DNA of 64,000 nucleotides, taken from Felis catus. Its lineage: Eukaryota. Shown here one piece after another: positions 37,785-50,523 of the stretch. Each line of letters opens with the position of its first letter. The first letter of the stretch is position 1. The DNA is taken from the NCBI RefSeq assembly GCF_018350175.1, contig NC_058368.1, forward strand, positions 112,098,001-112,162,000, in the 5' to 3' direction. A program made the position numbers and the translations under genes. The notes under the pieces were generated by a model. It was not told the origin of the DNA and did no database searches. It saw nothing but the letters and a program-made list of their open reading frames with translations.

Positions 37785-38001
37785 CATTAAAAAAATTTTT
37801 AACATTTACTTTTGAGAGACAGAGCAAGACAGAGCGCGAGTGGGGGAGGGGAAGAAAGAGGGGGTTACACAGAATCCAAAGCAGGCTCCAGGCTCTGAGC
37901 TGTCAGCACAGAGCCTGATGTAGGGCTTGAACTCACGGACCGCGAGATCATGACCTGAGCCCAAGTTGTCCTCTTAACCGACTGAACCACCCAGGTGCCC
38001 C
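37785..38001 (-). mobile_element. Can-SINE (SINEC_Fc-like)
   Basis: TSD aagatactaca (37773 / 38002). Confidence 0.95.
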
Positions 38002-40115
38002 AAGATACTACAACTTTTAAACTGGGTGGGCAGAGAGGCAAAGGACCTTATGTAGCATCCAGTCTCACACTGAAGCTGTCTGATCAAATGACCAGATAGA
38101 ATAAGGAAAATATGGGGCCAAAAAGTAATGTTTAGTCACCAGCAGGTGTGAATAGCCCATTTAATATGCTCCTTCAAGTAGAAGTTATTTGGCAAGGCCA
38201 GGGTTGTTAACTACCAACTGTGTCTTTATAATGATCCTAGGAACATCAGAAGAAAGTTACTTTGGTGTGTCAAGGGCTATAGTATAGCTACATAGATGCT
38301 GGACAGTTAGAATTTCTGGTTTCATAGCTCTCTGTGTTTTTGAGAAAGCTTACTATTCCATGGACACATATCACCAGATTTTTCCCCCTGAATAACATAT
38401 AAAAACGAAAAAAATTAAAGTAGATTGATGAGGCAAAAATCAGAGTTTGGAGATGCCATGGGGCAGGGTATTGGAGGGGAGGAAACTGCAGAAATTTAAG
38501 TGGGAGTCTTAGTGGTTTCTTGGCTGAGGGGTGGGGTGTTCATATATAGGGTGATAATCTACAAAGCCTAGCAGAAAGTGCCTTCTGTGCATCTGAGAAC
38601 TTAATGGAAATACTAGAAGTCTCAAGAGCTAGGTGATGTCAAAGTTATGGTCAAGTCAGAATGGAGTGAACACAATGAGCACTTCAAACATTCAGTTAAT
38701 ATCCTGGAAAGATCATATTTTAGTAATAAGGATCACACCCTAGAGTAAGGACCATACCTTGAGATTAAGGAAAAACGAATAAACACAGAGGAGCAAAACT
38801 AGACCAGCCCCGATGAAGAATAAAACCAAAGTCAATTGGATCAAGATAAATGATTTAACTATCTTCTGTAACAACAGCACTACCCTTTAAAGGAAGATGA
38901 CATTATTCAGAACTTGATAAGGCACCATTGACAGTGTCAGGAGTACAAGAAAAAAATTACTAGACATACTAAGAAGCAGTGAAATGTGACTGCTAGTTAA
39001 GAAAAAATAAAGACCACAAGATGACCCAGATGTTGTAATTAGCAAATAAGGATTTTAAAATTGCTATTACAAATATGTCCAAGACCTTAAAGGAAAAGAT
39101 GGACATAATGAGGTAACAGATGGAAACTATAAAAACGAAGTGGAAGTTTTAAAGTGAAAATGCAGTATCTAAAATGAAAAATTCCTTGCACTGGATTAAT
39201 GTCATATTAGAGACTCCAGAAGAAAGGGTCAGTGAACTAGAAGAGAGATCAATAGAAATGATTAAATCTGAACAGAGAGAAGAAAGATTGTGCCAACTAA
39301 ACAGAGACTCGCTTACCTACAGGATAATACGAAGCAGTTTCATATAGGGGTAATTGGAGGCCTATGAGGATATGAGAGGGAGAAATACTTTAAGAAATAA
39401 TGCCCAGAAATTTCCCAGATTTGTTGGAAATCTCAACCTTAGATCCAAGAAGTTCAGAATTCCCCAAATAAGACTCACTTTTAAAAACTTCATGTCACGA
39501 GACATTATATTTAAGCTGCTGAATACACGTGAAAAAGAAAAAAATCTTCAGCCTAGGAGAAAACCCACAGTATGTACAGAGGAACCATAATATAAGTAAC
39601 GGTTGACTTATTATCAGAATGAATTGAATCCAGAAGAGAATGGAACAGTGTCAAGCCAGAATTGTGAATCTGGTATCTAACAAAATTATCCTTAAAAAAT
39701 GAGGGTGGAATAAAGAAACTTACAGATAAACAAAACCTGAGCAAATTTCTTGCCAGAAAACCTGCCCTACAAGCAATGCTAGGAAAAGTGCTTTAGGGTG
39801 AAAGAATATGATGTCACGTGGAACTTGGCTCTCATAGGAAGAAATAAAGGACACCAGGAAAGTTGAATATGTGGATAAGAATAAAAGGCTTTCTTTTCTT
39901 TTTTCTCTTAAAATATTTAAATTGCATTTGACTATTTAAAGGAAAAAAAATTATAACATTCATTGTAGGGTTTTGTGACGTATGTTGAAGGAAAATACAT
40001 GACAAAAGTAGCCCAGAGGATGGGAAGTAAAATGAAATATTTTCAATAGGGTTCTTACATGTTTTATGATATGGTAAAATATTAATTCTAAGTAGACTGT
40101 GATGAATGGAGATAC

Positions 40116-40272
40116 ATTTTTCCCAGTTTTATTGAGAAATAATTGACATACGTCACTGTATAAGTTTAAGATACATAGCATGATGATCCTATTTACATAC
40201 ATTATGAAATTACCACATTTGAAAAGATTGTAAATGATTACCAATAGGTTTAGTTAATGTTCATCTCCTACA
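40116..40272 (-). mobile_element. L1MA9/L1_Carn-like 3' end nested in the older L1
   Basis: ttttattgagaaataattgacata...tgtataagtttaag...atgattacca...ttagttaa. Confidence 0.75.
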
Positions 40273-41295
40273 GATAAGATGAATATTGTAATCTCTATAG
40301 CAATCATTAAAATATAAAACAAAATAGCTAAAAACCTAATTAAGGAAATAAAATGGAATTTTATCCAGTTCAAAAAGATATTTGATTAACTCAAAGTAAG
40401 CCAGAAAAAGAGGAACAGAGGCACAATAAAACAGGATAAACAGATGGGACAAATTGAAAATAAGCTGCAAAATGGTCGACTTAGACCCAAGCATATAAAG
40501 AATGGTAGTAAAAGAAAATGGACTAAAAGGCAGAGATGATCAGATTAGATAGAAAGGCAAGACCTAACTAGATGCTGTGTATAAAAGATGCACTTTAAAT
40601 ATAAAAGCACAGATAAATTGAAAGTAAAGGATGGGAAAACCTACCATGCAAACGAGAAGTAGAAGAAACTTGGTGTGGCTCTACCAACTTTAGGCAAAAC
40701 AGAGTATTATGAAGCATATGGGGACATCTCAAAACCATGGAAATACTAACTCACAAAGGAGACATAACAATCCTAAATGTCTATGCTTCTTATAATCTAA
40801 TTTCAAATTTTTGAAGCAAAACAGACAGAACTAAAAGGAAAAAGAGACAAATCCACACTCAGTAGGCATGTGGAAGACTTGCATACGGTCAACCAACTTA
40901 ATTGACAGAACTACACTCAATAGTTGCAGAATTAACATTCTTTTCAGGTGCACATGGAATGTTGACAAAGTTAGAACATTTGCAGATCCATATAATAATT
41001 TACAAATATTGAAATTCAAAGGACTAAAATTATCGAGTATGTTCTCTGACCAAGAAAACATGAAAGTAGAAACTGATAGCAGTAAACTATCTAGGAAACT
41101 CCAAACAAAATAATTTTATAAGTGTGTCCTAAAAGATAGTTTTGAACCCAGTTCCAAGATGAAATCTCAAGGTAAATTAGAAATCCATGTTTCTCTTTTT
41201 TTTGAAATTAGAAATATTTCAAACAAAATGGTAATGAAAACAACATCTTAAAATTGGTTGGGATACAATTAATGCAGTAGAGGAAAAATTACAGC

Positions 41296-41508
41296 TTTTT
41301 TTTTTTTTAATTTTTTTATTTTTGGGACAGAGAGACACAGAGCATGAACGGGGGAGGGGCAGAGAGAGAGGGAGACACAGAATCGGAAACAGGCTCCAGG
41401 CTCTGAGCCATCAGCCCAGAGCCCGACGTGGGGCTCGAACTCCCGGACCGAGAGATCGTGACCTGGCTGAAGTCGGACGCTCAACCGACTGCGCCACCCA
41501 GGTGCCCC
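41296..41508 (-). mobile_element. Young Can-SINE (SINEC_Fc) inside L1 ORF2
   Basis: CpG-rich, nearly identical to the 18514 copy; TSD acagcttt. Confidence 0.97.
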
Positions 41509-42819
41509 AACAGCTTTAAATATTTATATTAGAAGAGAAAAGTTTAAAAGAAGTGATTAAAATTTCCACTTCAAGAATTTGGGAAGGGATGAGCAATTTA
41601 AACACAAAGTAAATACAAGGAAAGAAATAATAAAAGTAAAAATAGAAACCCATGCACTAGCAAACAGCAACATAACAGAAAATTAACAAAGTTCAAAGTT
41701 GGCACTGTGAAAAAGATTTTTAAATGTGATAAACTCCTAGCAAGATTGAATAAGAAAAACATAGAAGCCACAAATTACCACTATCAGGAATGAAAGAGAT
41801 CCCACTGTGTGCCCTACGTTTATTAGAAGGATAGCAAGGAACATAGTGAACAACTTTATGCCACTGAAATTTGGCAACTTAGATGTAATGCAGACTTTTT
41901 GGAAAACACAACACAGTAAAATGGACAAAAACAATAGAAAATCTGAACAGTTTAATACCCATTAAAGAAGTTAAATTCATGATAAAAAAAAAAGTTTCTA
42001 CTAAGAAAACTGCGGGCCCAAAGAGCTTCGCAGGTGAATTCAATCAAACATTCAGCAAAGAAGTAATTCTAATCTAACACTGTTTCGGCAAATAGGGGAG
42101 GAAACATTCCCAACTTGTTTTATAAAGCCAACGTAACTTTGATGGTAAAATATGACAAAATATCACAAAAGAGGAAACTAAATATTAATGTTTTTCTGAA
42201 TGTAACCAAACAGAAAAAAAAAAACCTTAACAAAATATATGGAAATTGAATCCAGAAATATATAAAAAGTATTATATATATTTGACCAACTGAGATTTAT
42301 TTTAGGAATATAAGCGTCATTTAACGTTTAGAAATTAATTATTGTAACTCAGGGTATTAAAAGAACAAAGAACAGAAACCATATGATCATTTCAATAAAT
42401 ATAGCAAGAGCCTTTGACAAAAATTCAACACTCATTTTTAATGAAAATTCTCAGAAAACTAGGAACCATAGGGAACTTTCTCAACCTGATAAACAGCATC
42501 TATAACAAACCTACAGCTAACATCATATTCTCATTAAAGACTGAATACTTTTCTCTTAAAATCACGAACAAGAAAGGATGTCAATTTTCACCAATTCTAT
42601 TCAACATTGTACTGGAGGTCCTAGCCAGTGAGATAAGGCAAGAAAAAGAAATGAAAGGCATACAAATTGTAAAGAAAGAAATAGAACTATCTTTATTAAT
42701 AGGCAACATGATCTTGTATGCAGAAAACCCTAAAGAACCTATAGGGGAAAAAATACTAGAATTAAGAAATGATTCTATCAACACCGTGGGGTACAAGGTC
42801 AATATATAAAATTGCTTGA

Positions 42820-43030
42820 TCAGCAGCTTGGTTTTGAGACCTGTTAAATTTGAGATGTCAAGTTGGCAGCTGGGTTTAAAATCTAGGATTTGAGGAAGAA
42901 GCCTGTCATGGAGATACAAATTTAGAAACATTTTATTAGACATTTAAAACATTTTGAGGAATGATAGAAAAGTACAGAGGGAAGAAAAGAGGTCTAAAGA
43001 ATGAGAGTACCTTTGTAAAGGAACATTTCT
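42820..43030 (-). mobile_element. L2 fragment
   Basis: ttttgagacctgttaaatttgagatgtcaagttggcagctgg...ggagatacaaatttag. Confidence 0.7.
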
Positions 43031-45469
43031 GAGTTTGACACACTTATTCTTGCTGAGTCCTAACTGTGCAGTGAGGAACTTATGGGGCTTCTGCTGGGTG
43101 AGAGTCAGCAGAAAGCACTGTTTCCTCCAAGGCACTTTCATTTGAACAATGATAGGCTCTCCCGGGTGTTGGAACCCTATTGCCCATACGTAGTTTTCCA
43201 TTCACACCAACTGACTCTCTAGTCGGTATTTGGGACAACCTCATTGAGTAGCCCTGGGACACTCAAAGGCTTATGCCCAGAGAGCATTGGTCTTTTCTGG
43301 GCTGAAAGAGGAGCCAGCTGAACCATTAAGAATAGGAGTCTTCTTCCCATTGATGGTCCAAGAGAAGGTATATTTGTGATAAACTGCAGGGCTGTTTCTT
43401 CCTTTGGCTTTTTATACTTTGGCATCTCATCTAGTCCATGTGCAGTGTTCAGCTCTGGGACTCTGCAGAGACAGGAATGCTCCAATACATCACCATCATC
43501 ACCGTGCTGCCGGCCTCAGAGCTCTCATGTTGATGTCTCATTTCTGTTCCACCCCCAGACCTGAGAAGATGAAAACTTTGGGCATTTCACATGGCCTCGG
43601 GCTATTGACGACTATAAAATATGGGGCCAGATGGATTTACATTTTTTTCTGAAGACAAAACATAGCTTGTCTCTGCTAAGATCTTATCTCTTTAATGAGC
43701 AGAGGCAGTATAATTAAGGCCTTTCTCCAGTGCTGTGGATGTGCCAAACCTACTGGAAAGTTTGCTTAGTTTTCATAAATCAAATTGATTTGGATTTTCA
43801 CACTTGGGGGCTAGTTTTGATGTCTATTAATGGAGGCTGTCATAGTGGCGTTTGTTTTTTCTTCTCATGGGCAAGTTGCCTTTGTTTAGAGGGAAGCTTC
43901 TTGATAGTGCTGCTGACTCTGGCCAGATGGCCACTCTCAGGGCAAAGGCATGGGATGGAGGAATGTTGCTCTCAAGTGGGAGGTGTGAGAGGTAGCAGGG
44001 CTCTCACGGTGAGCCCTTTGACGTGGACCTAGTTCTCCTGATGTCGGAGAACCCAAGTGACCAGTGTTAGGCAGCCCCTGACCAGGAAGCAGGGCCAAAA
44101 CACTTAGGGTGACTTTCTTGGCTCTGCTGGCTGTAAGAGGTCTTCAGCATGGTTCTTCAGAATGCCTGGTGGAATTAAATATATTTGCAATTTGCATTCT
44201 AAACAAGCTGTTTGGAATAAATATGCTGGCTGCATTGTTTTCTTGGCTCTTATTCATTGGTTAATAATGTGTTATTTTTTTGGAACTGTTCTTTCTCTGT
44301 TGGCTTGGAAGAGGAACCCAAGAGAAATATTGTTTTGGATTCTGTGCTAATATTTCAAAACAACACGTGTGCAAGCATGGTTTGGCCAAACCTGGCTACA
44401 AGCTCATAGAAACCCAGAGCGAGTGGATCTAGACATAAGAGGGGCTGAGGATGGGATGACAGCTTTGTTGGCAGGTCCTGGTGATGCAGGTGTAGCATCT
44501 GATGGGCATGTGCTCAAGAGTAGAGAGAAAAGAGCAGGGGGCCCGGATGGCATCCACATCACTTAGGAGCTCTGCAATGGCATTGAGAGAGTGCCTCCCA
44601 TATATGCTCCATGGGAGAGACCTAGGGTCACGGGAGCTAGAGGGAGTGGCACATCCAGTCTTGAGCCCAGGACGTAGAGGGGAGGAAGCAGAGAGAGAGC
44701 AGTGTGGGGGCGGGTTGAGTGAACTCATCTATCACATGTATTAGCTGTCCCATCACCAGCCTGTAACACATTTTTGCTGGACACAACGTATTGTTCTGAA
44801 GCAGGTTCTTTTTACAGCCACAGCTGCTCAATTATGTTTCTCTGTTGTTTCCTGACGAGACGAGCAGTGGGGAAAAGCCAAGAACAGCTGCAGCCTCCAT
44901 GAGAATGAAGCCCAGTTCCTTGGTCATTTGTGACCCTGCCCGATGTGGGGCTAAATGCAGAGGCCCTTAAGGAGGTGACCAAGCTGAGTTTCTAGCCCCT
45001 TCTATGGTGGCTACCTCAGAATGTCTCTCACCTCCTGTGTGAAGAACCTTCAAGTGAGGAGTGGGATTGGGCCAAGAATGGTTCTTTCTTATTGTGGGAG
45101 GCAGAGGGTGAGACTGGAGAGACCCTTCAGGGCCCTGGTGGGGCCAAGGTGGGGAAGGGCACTTTGCTGCAGAGAAGGTCATCTCCAATTACAACCTGTC
45201 TCCCATGGGCCTCTCTCTCCTGCGGTGCTGATGAAGCGTTGACTTGCCCTCTGTCCTATGCAGGGAGGTCAGGACGGACGTGGTGTCAGCCTTCAAAGGG
45301 CTAACTCTCCCAAGGGAAATCCTATTCAGCCAACATTTGTAGAGCATGTGCTCTTACGAGGAACCATGTTCTTTCTGTGGAGGGTGGTCTAGTTCTTGGC
45401 CTTGGGGAGCTTCCAGACTAGTGAGCCAGCAACCCCATTTACTCACACAGGTTCTCAGAATAGCAACCA

Positions 45470-45625
45470 ATATTTCTGGAGTAATATGTGCCAGGCTCCC
45501 TCACCTGCATAAATAGCTTAATGCTCCCAATGGCTCTGGATTTTTTGGCACCGTGACTATCATCCTGTTTTACAGATGAGGCGACTGAAGTTTCAGGCAT
45601 TAAGTAACTTGACCCATTATTAATG
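45470..45625 (-). mobile_element. MIR fragment
   Basis: tgttttacagatgaggcgactgaag...ttaagtaacttgacc. Confidence 0.7.
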
Positions 45626-46164
45626 GAAGAACCCGTACCCTCCTAGAGCCAGACGACTGATATTAGAGAAAAGAGGTATGTTCGTCTAGCCCTTAGGATA
45701 GGCAATTGATAGTATACATAAGACTGTGCCTGGATGGCCAAGGTGGCTGTTCTGACGAAAAGATTCAGGAGAGCTCTTCAGGGAAGACTACTCATGACAC
45801 AGACTTTGGATGATATATAGAATTTCAACAAGGGCAGATGGCGAGAAAAAAATCCCAAACAGAGGACCAGTCTTAGTAAAGGTATCACAGTGTCCCAACT
45901 AAGCAGGGCATGCTCAGGAGAAGTCTGATGTGGTAGGAACCTGGCATTTGTGGTAGCAAGAAGGTGACACAGGCAGCTAAGATTTTAGGTCTAACTTTGT
46001 GAAGCTGATAGCGGAGCTGTAGGGATTGGGGGACAGTGCTGCATCTGATCTGAGTGCAGATTTGGGGTTGATGGAGGTATACAGGTGGATAGCCTCCCAG
46101 GGATAGTGTCACCTGCTAACATTCATGAAAAAGTCAGCATTCTGTATATAAGCATAGCAGCCAC

Positions 46165-46335
46165 CATACTGAATGCTTTTTATTCATTATCTCTAGGATT
46201 TACCTTGCCCTGCAATGCAGATGACGAAACAAAAGCTCAGAGAGTTTAAGTCACCTCTTCAAGGCCACCCAGCTAATGGATAATGGGACTCTGAGTCAGA
46301 CCCAGGTCTCTGATTTGAAAGCCATGCTCTTTGCA
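46165..46335 (-). mobile_element. MIR fragment
   Basis: gcagatgacgaaac...gctcagagagtttaagtcac...cccaggtctctgatttgaaagcc. Confidence 0.7.
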
Positions 46336-48029
46336 CAACTCTTGAGGGGTTTTCCGGAGATTGTTTTCCTGCTCATCCTCACGCCTGGGAGGCCACCTTT
46401 GCAGGTGTGAGTTGATGATGAGGTTGTCACCTAGTGCTGATTTCACCTGCGGGGAGGTGGCCTCCCTGGGGGCCTTCCCTTGCCATCACTGTTGACAGGG
46501 CTGGAATACCCATAGGGGAAAGTACTCACTCACCAGAGTGCAGTCTCTGCAGGGGGGAGTAACTTGTATCGGGGGCAATGGGAATAAGTCTCCTGTCTCT
46601 TGTTCTGTCACCGTTCAAAGGCAGCCAAAGTCCCAGCAAGGCCTCCTCTGCACCGCTCAGGTGCACACTAGTTTGGAATGGAACCAGCTCTTGGCCAATC
46701 AAGTGGTGTACGGGAGCCTTGATATAATTCCGAGGGTAAGGACTTGTGGACAGTTTTCCCTTTGGTTGTATGCTTCTTTCACGTTGTGTTTTGAGTTTAC
46801 AGATGTTAAACCACAGCTGGTTTCTTCCCTTCCATAAGGGCCCTTTGATAGCCAGTCAGCCGAGTTTTCCATTGTTATTTTTCACGGGGCTAATAGCTGT
46901 TGGCAACTGCTTTGTGTTATTTTGTTCACATAATTATTCACTGAGCCTGAAATACCCCCAAATGACCATCAGCATCTCAGCTGTGGCCTTGCTCACTGGA
47001 GTCACCACCAGGAAGTGGTTAAAACCTTGAGGACGAAATGGGGAACTTTTCCTCACGAGACTGATTCAGCCATGAAGAGCAATTCAGCAACCTGACACAT
47101 ACATTGAGTTCTAGTTCAAGCTGAGTTGCCATGACATGGTTGCCCCGAGTTCCCCGAGTTCTGCCGGGTCTGCCTCGGGTCATAGCTCTTCTTAGAGAAG
47201 TGTTTTCAGGAAAGACACGCTGGCCTGGTTCCTTTGCTCATGGTTGAAATTGAGAGCGGAGCAGAGACCATTGAGCCCCACACGTAAACACGCTCCATGG
47301 GTTGGTCTGTTCTTCACCCAGCTCATCCTTGATGTATTTTCCAGCACTTAGTAGAGCACAGAGGCTTAAAAGAGAAAACCCAGAGATGAGGATCTGCTCC
47401 CTGCTAACAGACTAGCTGGGGAGAGAGCTACACCTCCTCCTGACTTAGCAGTTCCTGGTATTGAAGTGCAGGGCTGAGGAGGGGCGAGAAGGGCAAGGCT
47501 GTCGGGCATACTATGGGCACGGTCAGACAGCAGGTGGAAGGAGGGCCTCGTGCTTTAACCAGGGACTAGGGAATAGCTACATGATTTCTGTTTGTGTGAG
47601 AAAGAGCCCTAGGAAGTGTTTTGAGTCTTTAAAAAAAAATCTTAGAAGGAAGAAAGAATTTTCCCTTGGTAAGTTTCTGAGGACTACGTTCCAAGGCTCT
47701 TGAGGAGGGAGTAGGAAGGAATTTAATTTCCCGCTGGAAGGAGTTGCATGTTGCAGGGAGGGATGGCGGCTCTCAGTGCTGACACTGGGCCGGGAGGAGC
47801 ACTTCTCTCGGGTGGGTTCTGGAGGGAGTTCGGAAGTCCCACAAGTGTCTCGGAGGCCTCATGACAAAAGTCTCTCACGTTTTTACTTGGACTTGGATTT
47901 CCATTTAATGAGTTAATCCAAGAGTCCTTCCATACATAGGACTGTACATGTGGCTTGTCTCTACTCCTCCAAGCGGCAGTGACCTCTGAGCTCCCGACTG
48001 CTGTCTACCTAGATAAGGATGTCTGCCGC

Positions 48030-48170
48030 GCAGGCCTCAGTTTCCTTGACTGTAAATGGAGACTATAATTGCAGCCTCCAAAAAGTTTTTGGGAAGGTTA
48101 AATGAGATAATGCATAGGAAGTACTCAGTCCTGTGACTGACAACGTAGTGATTGCACAATCAGTGGTTAC
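48030..48170 (+). mobile_element. MIR fragment
   Basis: gcctcagtttccttgactgtaaatgg...aaggttaaatgagataatgcat. Confidence 0.75.
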
Positions 48171-48171
48171 T

Positions 48172-48386
48172 TTTTTTTTATTTTTATGATTTTTTATTAG
48201 TTTTTTTAACTTTTATTTTGAGAGAGACAGAGTGCGAGTGGGGGAGGGGCAGAGAGAGGGAGACACAGGATCTGTACCTGCTGTCAGCACACAGCCCGAC
48301 GTGGGGCTCGAACTCACAACCGTGAGATCATCATTACCATTAAGCCAAAGTTGGATGCTTAATTGACTAAGCCACCCAGGTACCCC
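48172..48386 (-). mobile_element. Can-SINE
   Basis: TSD gtggttact (48163 / 48388). Confidence 0.93.
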
Positions 48387-48404
48387 GGTGGTTACTCTTT
48401 CATA

Positions 48405-48685
48405 TAAATGTTTTATTTTGGAATAATTTTAGATTTACAGAGAAGTTGCAAGGATAGTAGGGTGTTCTCATATACTCCTTACCCTTTTATACCCTGTTAC
48501 CCCCCACCTATAACAGTTTCCTCCATGAGCATCTTCTATAGTGGTGGTACATTTGTCAAGAGGAAGAAACCAACTTTGGTATATTACTATTAACTAAACT
48601 CAAGATTTTATTTAGATTTGCCAGTTTTTCTACCAGTGTCCCTTTTTGGTTTCCAATCAAATCCAGGGAACTACATTGCATTTAG
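48405..48685 (-). mobile_element. L1MB/MC-like 3' end
   Basis: ttttattttggaataattttagatttacagagaagttgcaag...ctacattgcatttag. Confidence 0.8.
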
Positions 48686-48691
48686 ACTTGC

Positions 48692-48894
48692 TTTTTTAAA
48701 AATAATGTTTATTTGAGGGGGCGGGGCTCACATACAAGCGGGGGAGGGGCAGAGAGAGTGGGAGAGAGAGAATCCAAAGCAGCCTCCATGCTCAGTGCGG
48801 AGCCTGACACAGGGCTCTATCTCATGACTGAGATCGTGACCTGAGCCAAAATCATGAGTTGGACGCTTAACCAAGTGAGCCACCTAGGTGCCCC
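48692..48894 (-). mobile_element. Older Can-SINE
   Basis: Reverse SINEC; imperfect TSD gacttgctttt / gacttactttt. Confidence 0.92.
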
Positions 48895-49710
48895 TGGACT
48901 TACTTTTATTAGGCATCTCTTGTTGGTCTATAGGTCCCTGAAATTAGCAGTAGTGTCCTTTCTCATCTCAAATACAGCACAGTCATGCACATGGCCAAGC
49001 ACAACTGAAGTCTGGATTATGCAATCAGTTTCTTTGCTCTGAAAACATCTTGCCTAAAATCTCTGTGCTCTGGGGAGACAGTTAAGGCTCAAGGTGGCAG
49101 TCCTCATTGTTCCAGCAAGCCTTGGCCTCCCAACTTGATGGAGGATGGGGCCTAGGGCATTTGGAAAAGGAGTCGTCTGAGCTTTGGGCATAGGGACAGG
49201 GGAAGAGGCCACAAAGTCTTTGCATTAGGTCTATGGCTGGGAAGGGGTCACCTTCTGGCTTCCCAAGGATCCCAAGCCAGCAGAGGCTTCCCAGCCAGCC
49301 TTGGTCCTCCCTCCCATCCCAAGCCAGCACAGGGTCCAGTATACTCTACAGAACGGGCCCTGTGATGGAACCCCCTGGCCACAACTCTTACTGCAACCTG
49401 ACTCCTTGGAGCATAGGCCTTGGCCCTCAGAGCCTTTCTAGGAAGTCCCACTGTAGAGGTTTAGAAAGAGCTTTGTTCAGTTTCCTGTCATGGCCTGTGG
49501 TTGTGGAGAGAGAAAGGTGGTGACCCAGAGGGCTTAGGGCCTGCATGGCGTCTTCCGGACTCAAGCTAGACCCTTCCTTTCTGGCTTTAGGCCCTGGGGA
49601 GGCTTCTGAGGGCTCTAAGAGATGTTTACCAGCTTGAGATAAGCCACCTCAGCAGGGATCTCCATTCCTCAGTCTGTAGTCCCCTTATTAGTACAGAACC
49701 TGGGGGAGAG

Positions 49711-49713
<3 letters not shown>

Positions 49714-49753
<40 letters not shown>

Positions 49754-49950
49754 AATGTTTTTTCTTGGAAGAGAGTGACAGAGCATGAACGGGGGAGGGG
49801 CAGAGAGAGAAAGAGACACAGAACCTGAAGCAGGTTCCAGGCTCCGAGCTGTCAGCACAGAGCCTGACGCGGGGCTTGAACCCGTGAACTGTGAGATCAT
49901 AACCTGAACCGAAGTTGGACGCTTAACCGACTGAGCCACCCAGGTGCCCC
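49714..49950 (-). mobile_element. Can-SINE whose tail is a (CA)n microsatellite
   Basis: (TG)n 49714-49750 followed by reverse SINEC; flanks gagaggttt / gagagttt. Confidence 0.95.
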
Positions 49951-50506
49951 GAGAGTTTAAGATGAAGACCCTTAGCCCTAGCCTTGCACTCAGAGGACAG
50001 GTCCCCTGTCAGCCTCTTTCATGACTTGCTCTGAGGGCTGCCTCTCAGGCCTGGCACTTTGATGTGGCAGCAGGCTGCCGTGTGAGCAGTTTTGGGGCCT
50101 GTGCTATGGAGCTGTGCAGCAGATGCCCAGACACGCTGAGTCTCAGGGCCCTCACATCAGGCAGCCAGCCTGCCCGGCGCTGGGGGATGGCTCACAACCA
50201 AGAATGTGCACTTAACACACATTCCTTCTCCAAACCCTAAGTGCTTAATATTTTGAAACCTCAAATCAGTTTGTTCTCTTAAAAACTAGAACCACATGCC
50301 TACAGAGGCAATGTGCTGATGGGCTCAGATTTTTCACACATGAAATGGAAATGCTGGGCTCTGGAAGCTGGAGCCCTCTGTTCCAGCCCTGCATAGCACC
50401 CTGTGAGCTTGGGCAGGTCCCTTTCCATCCCAGGCCCTCATTTCTCCAAAAAACAAGGACACTGGGATCTTTAAGGGCTTACCAGCTCTGCGGGTTTATG
50501 ATTCTT

Positions 50507-50523
50507 GGGGGGGGGGGGGGGGG
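50507..50523. repeat. G17 homopolymer
   Basis: 17 consecutive G. Confidence 0.95.

Larger units (their letters stand above)
38420..42812 (+). mobile_element. Old L1 (L1M-class): 5' region, ORF1, and ORF2 endonuclease to RT; degenerate and 3'-truncated
   Basis: A-rich + strand; ORF1-like 39020-39830; ORF2 start atggtcgacttagaccca near 40472; ORF 42414-42809 translates as L1 RT (KIQHSF...KPTANI...GCQFSPILFNIVLEVLA...KGIQI) with catalytic FADD decayed to LIGN. Confidence 0.9.

Noticed and set aside
18549..41519. Near-identical ORFs at 18549 and 41322 (and related MAQSVKRPTS ORFs) as a small gene family
   Set aside because: They are translations of Can-SINE copies
42414..42809. Reverse-transcriptase ORF as a functional or domesticated RT
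   Set aside because: Short L1 ORF2 fragment with the catalytic aspartates lost and stops or frameshifts on both sides
47040..47052. NF-kB-like ggggaacttttcc
   Set aside because: Spacing is too long for the GGGRNNYYCC consensus
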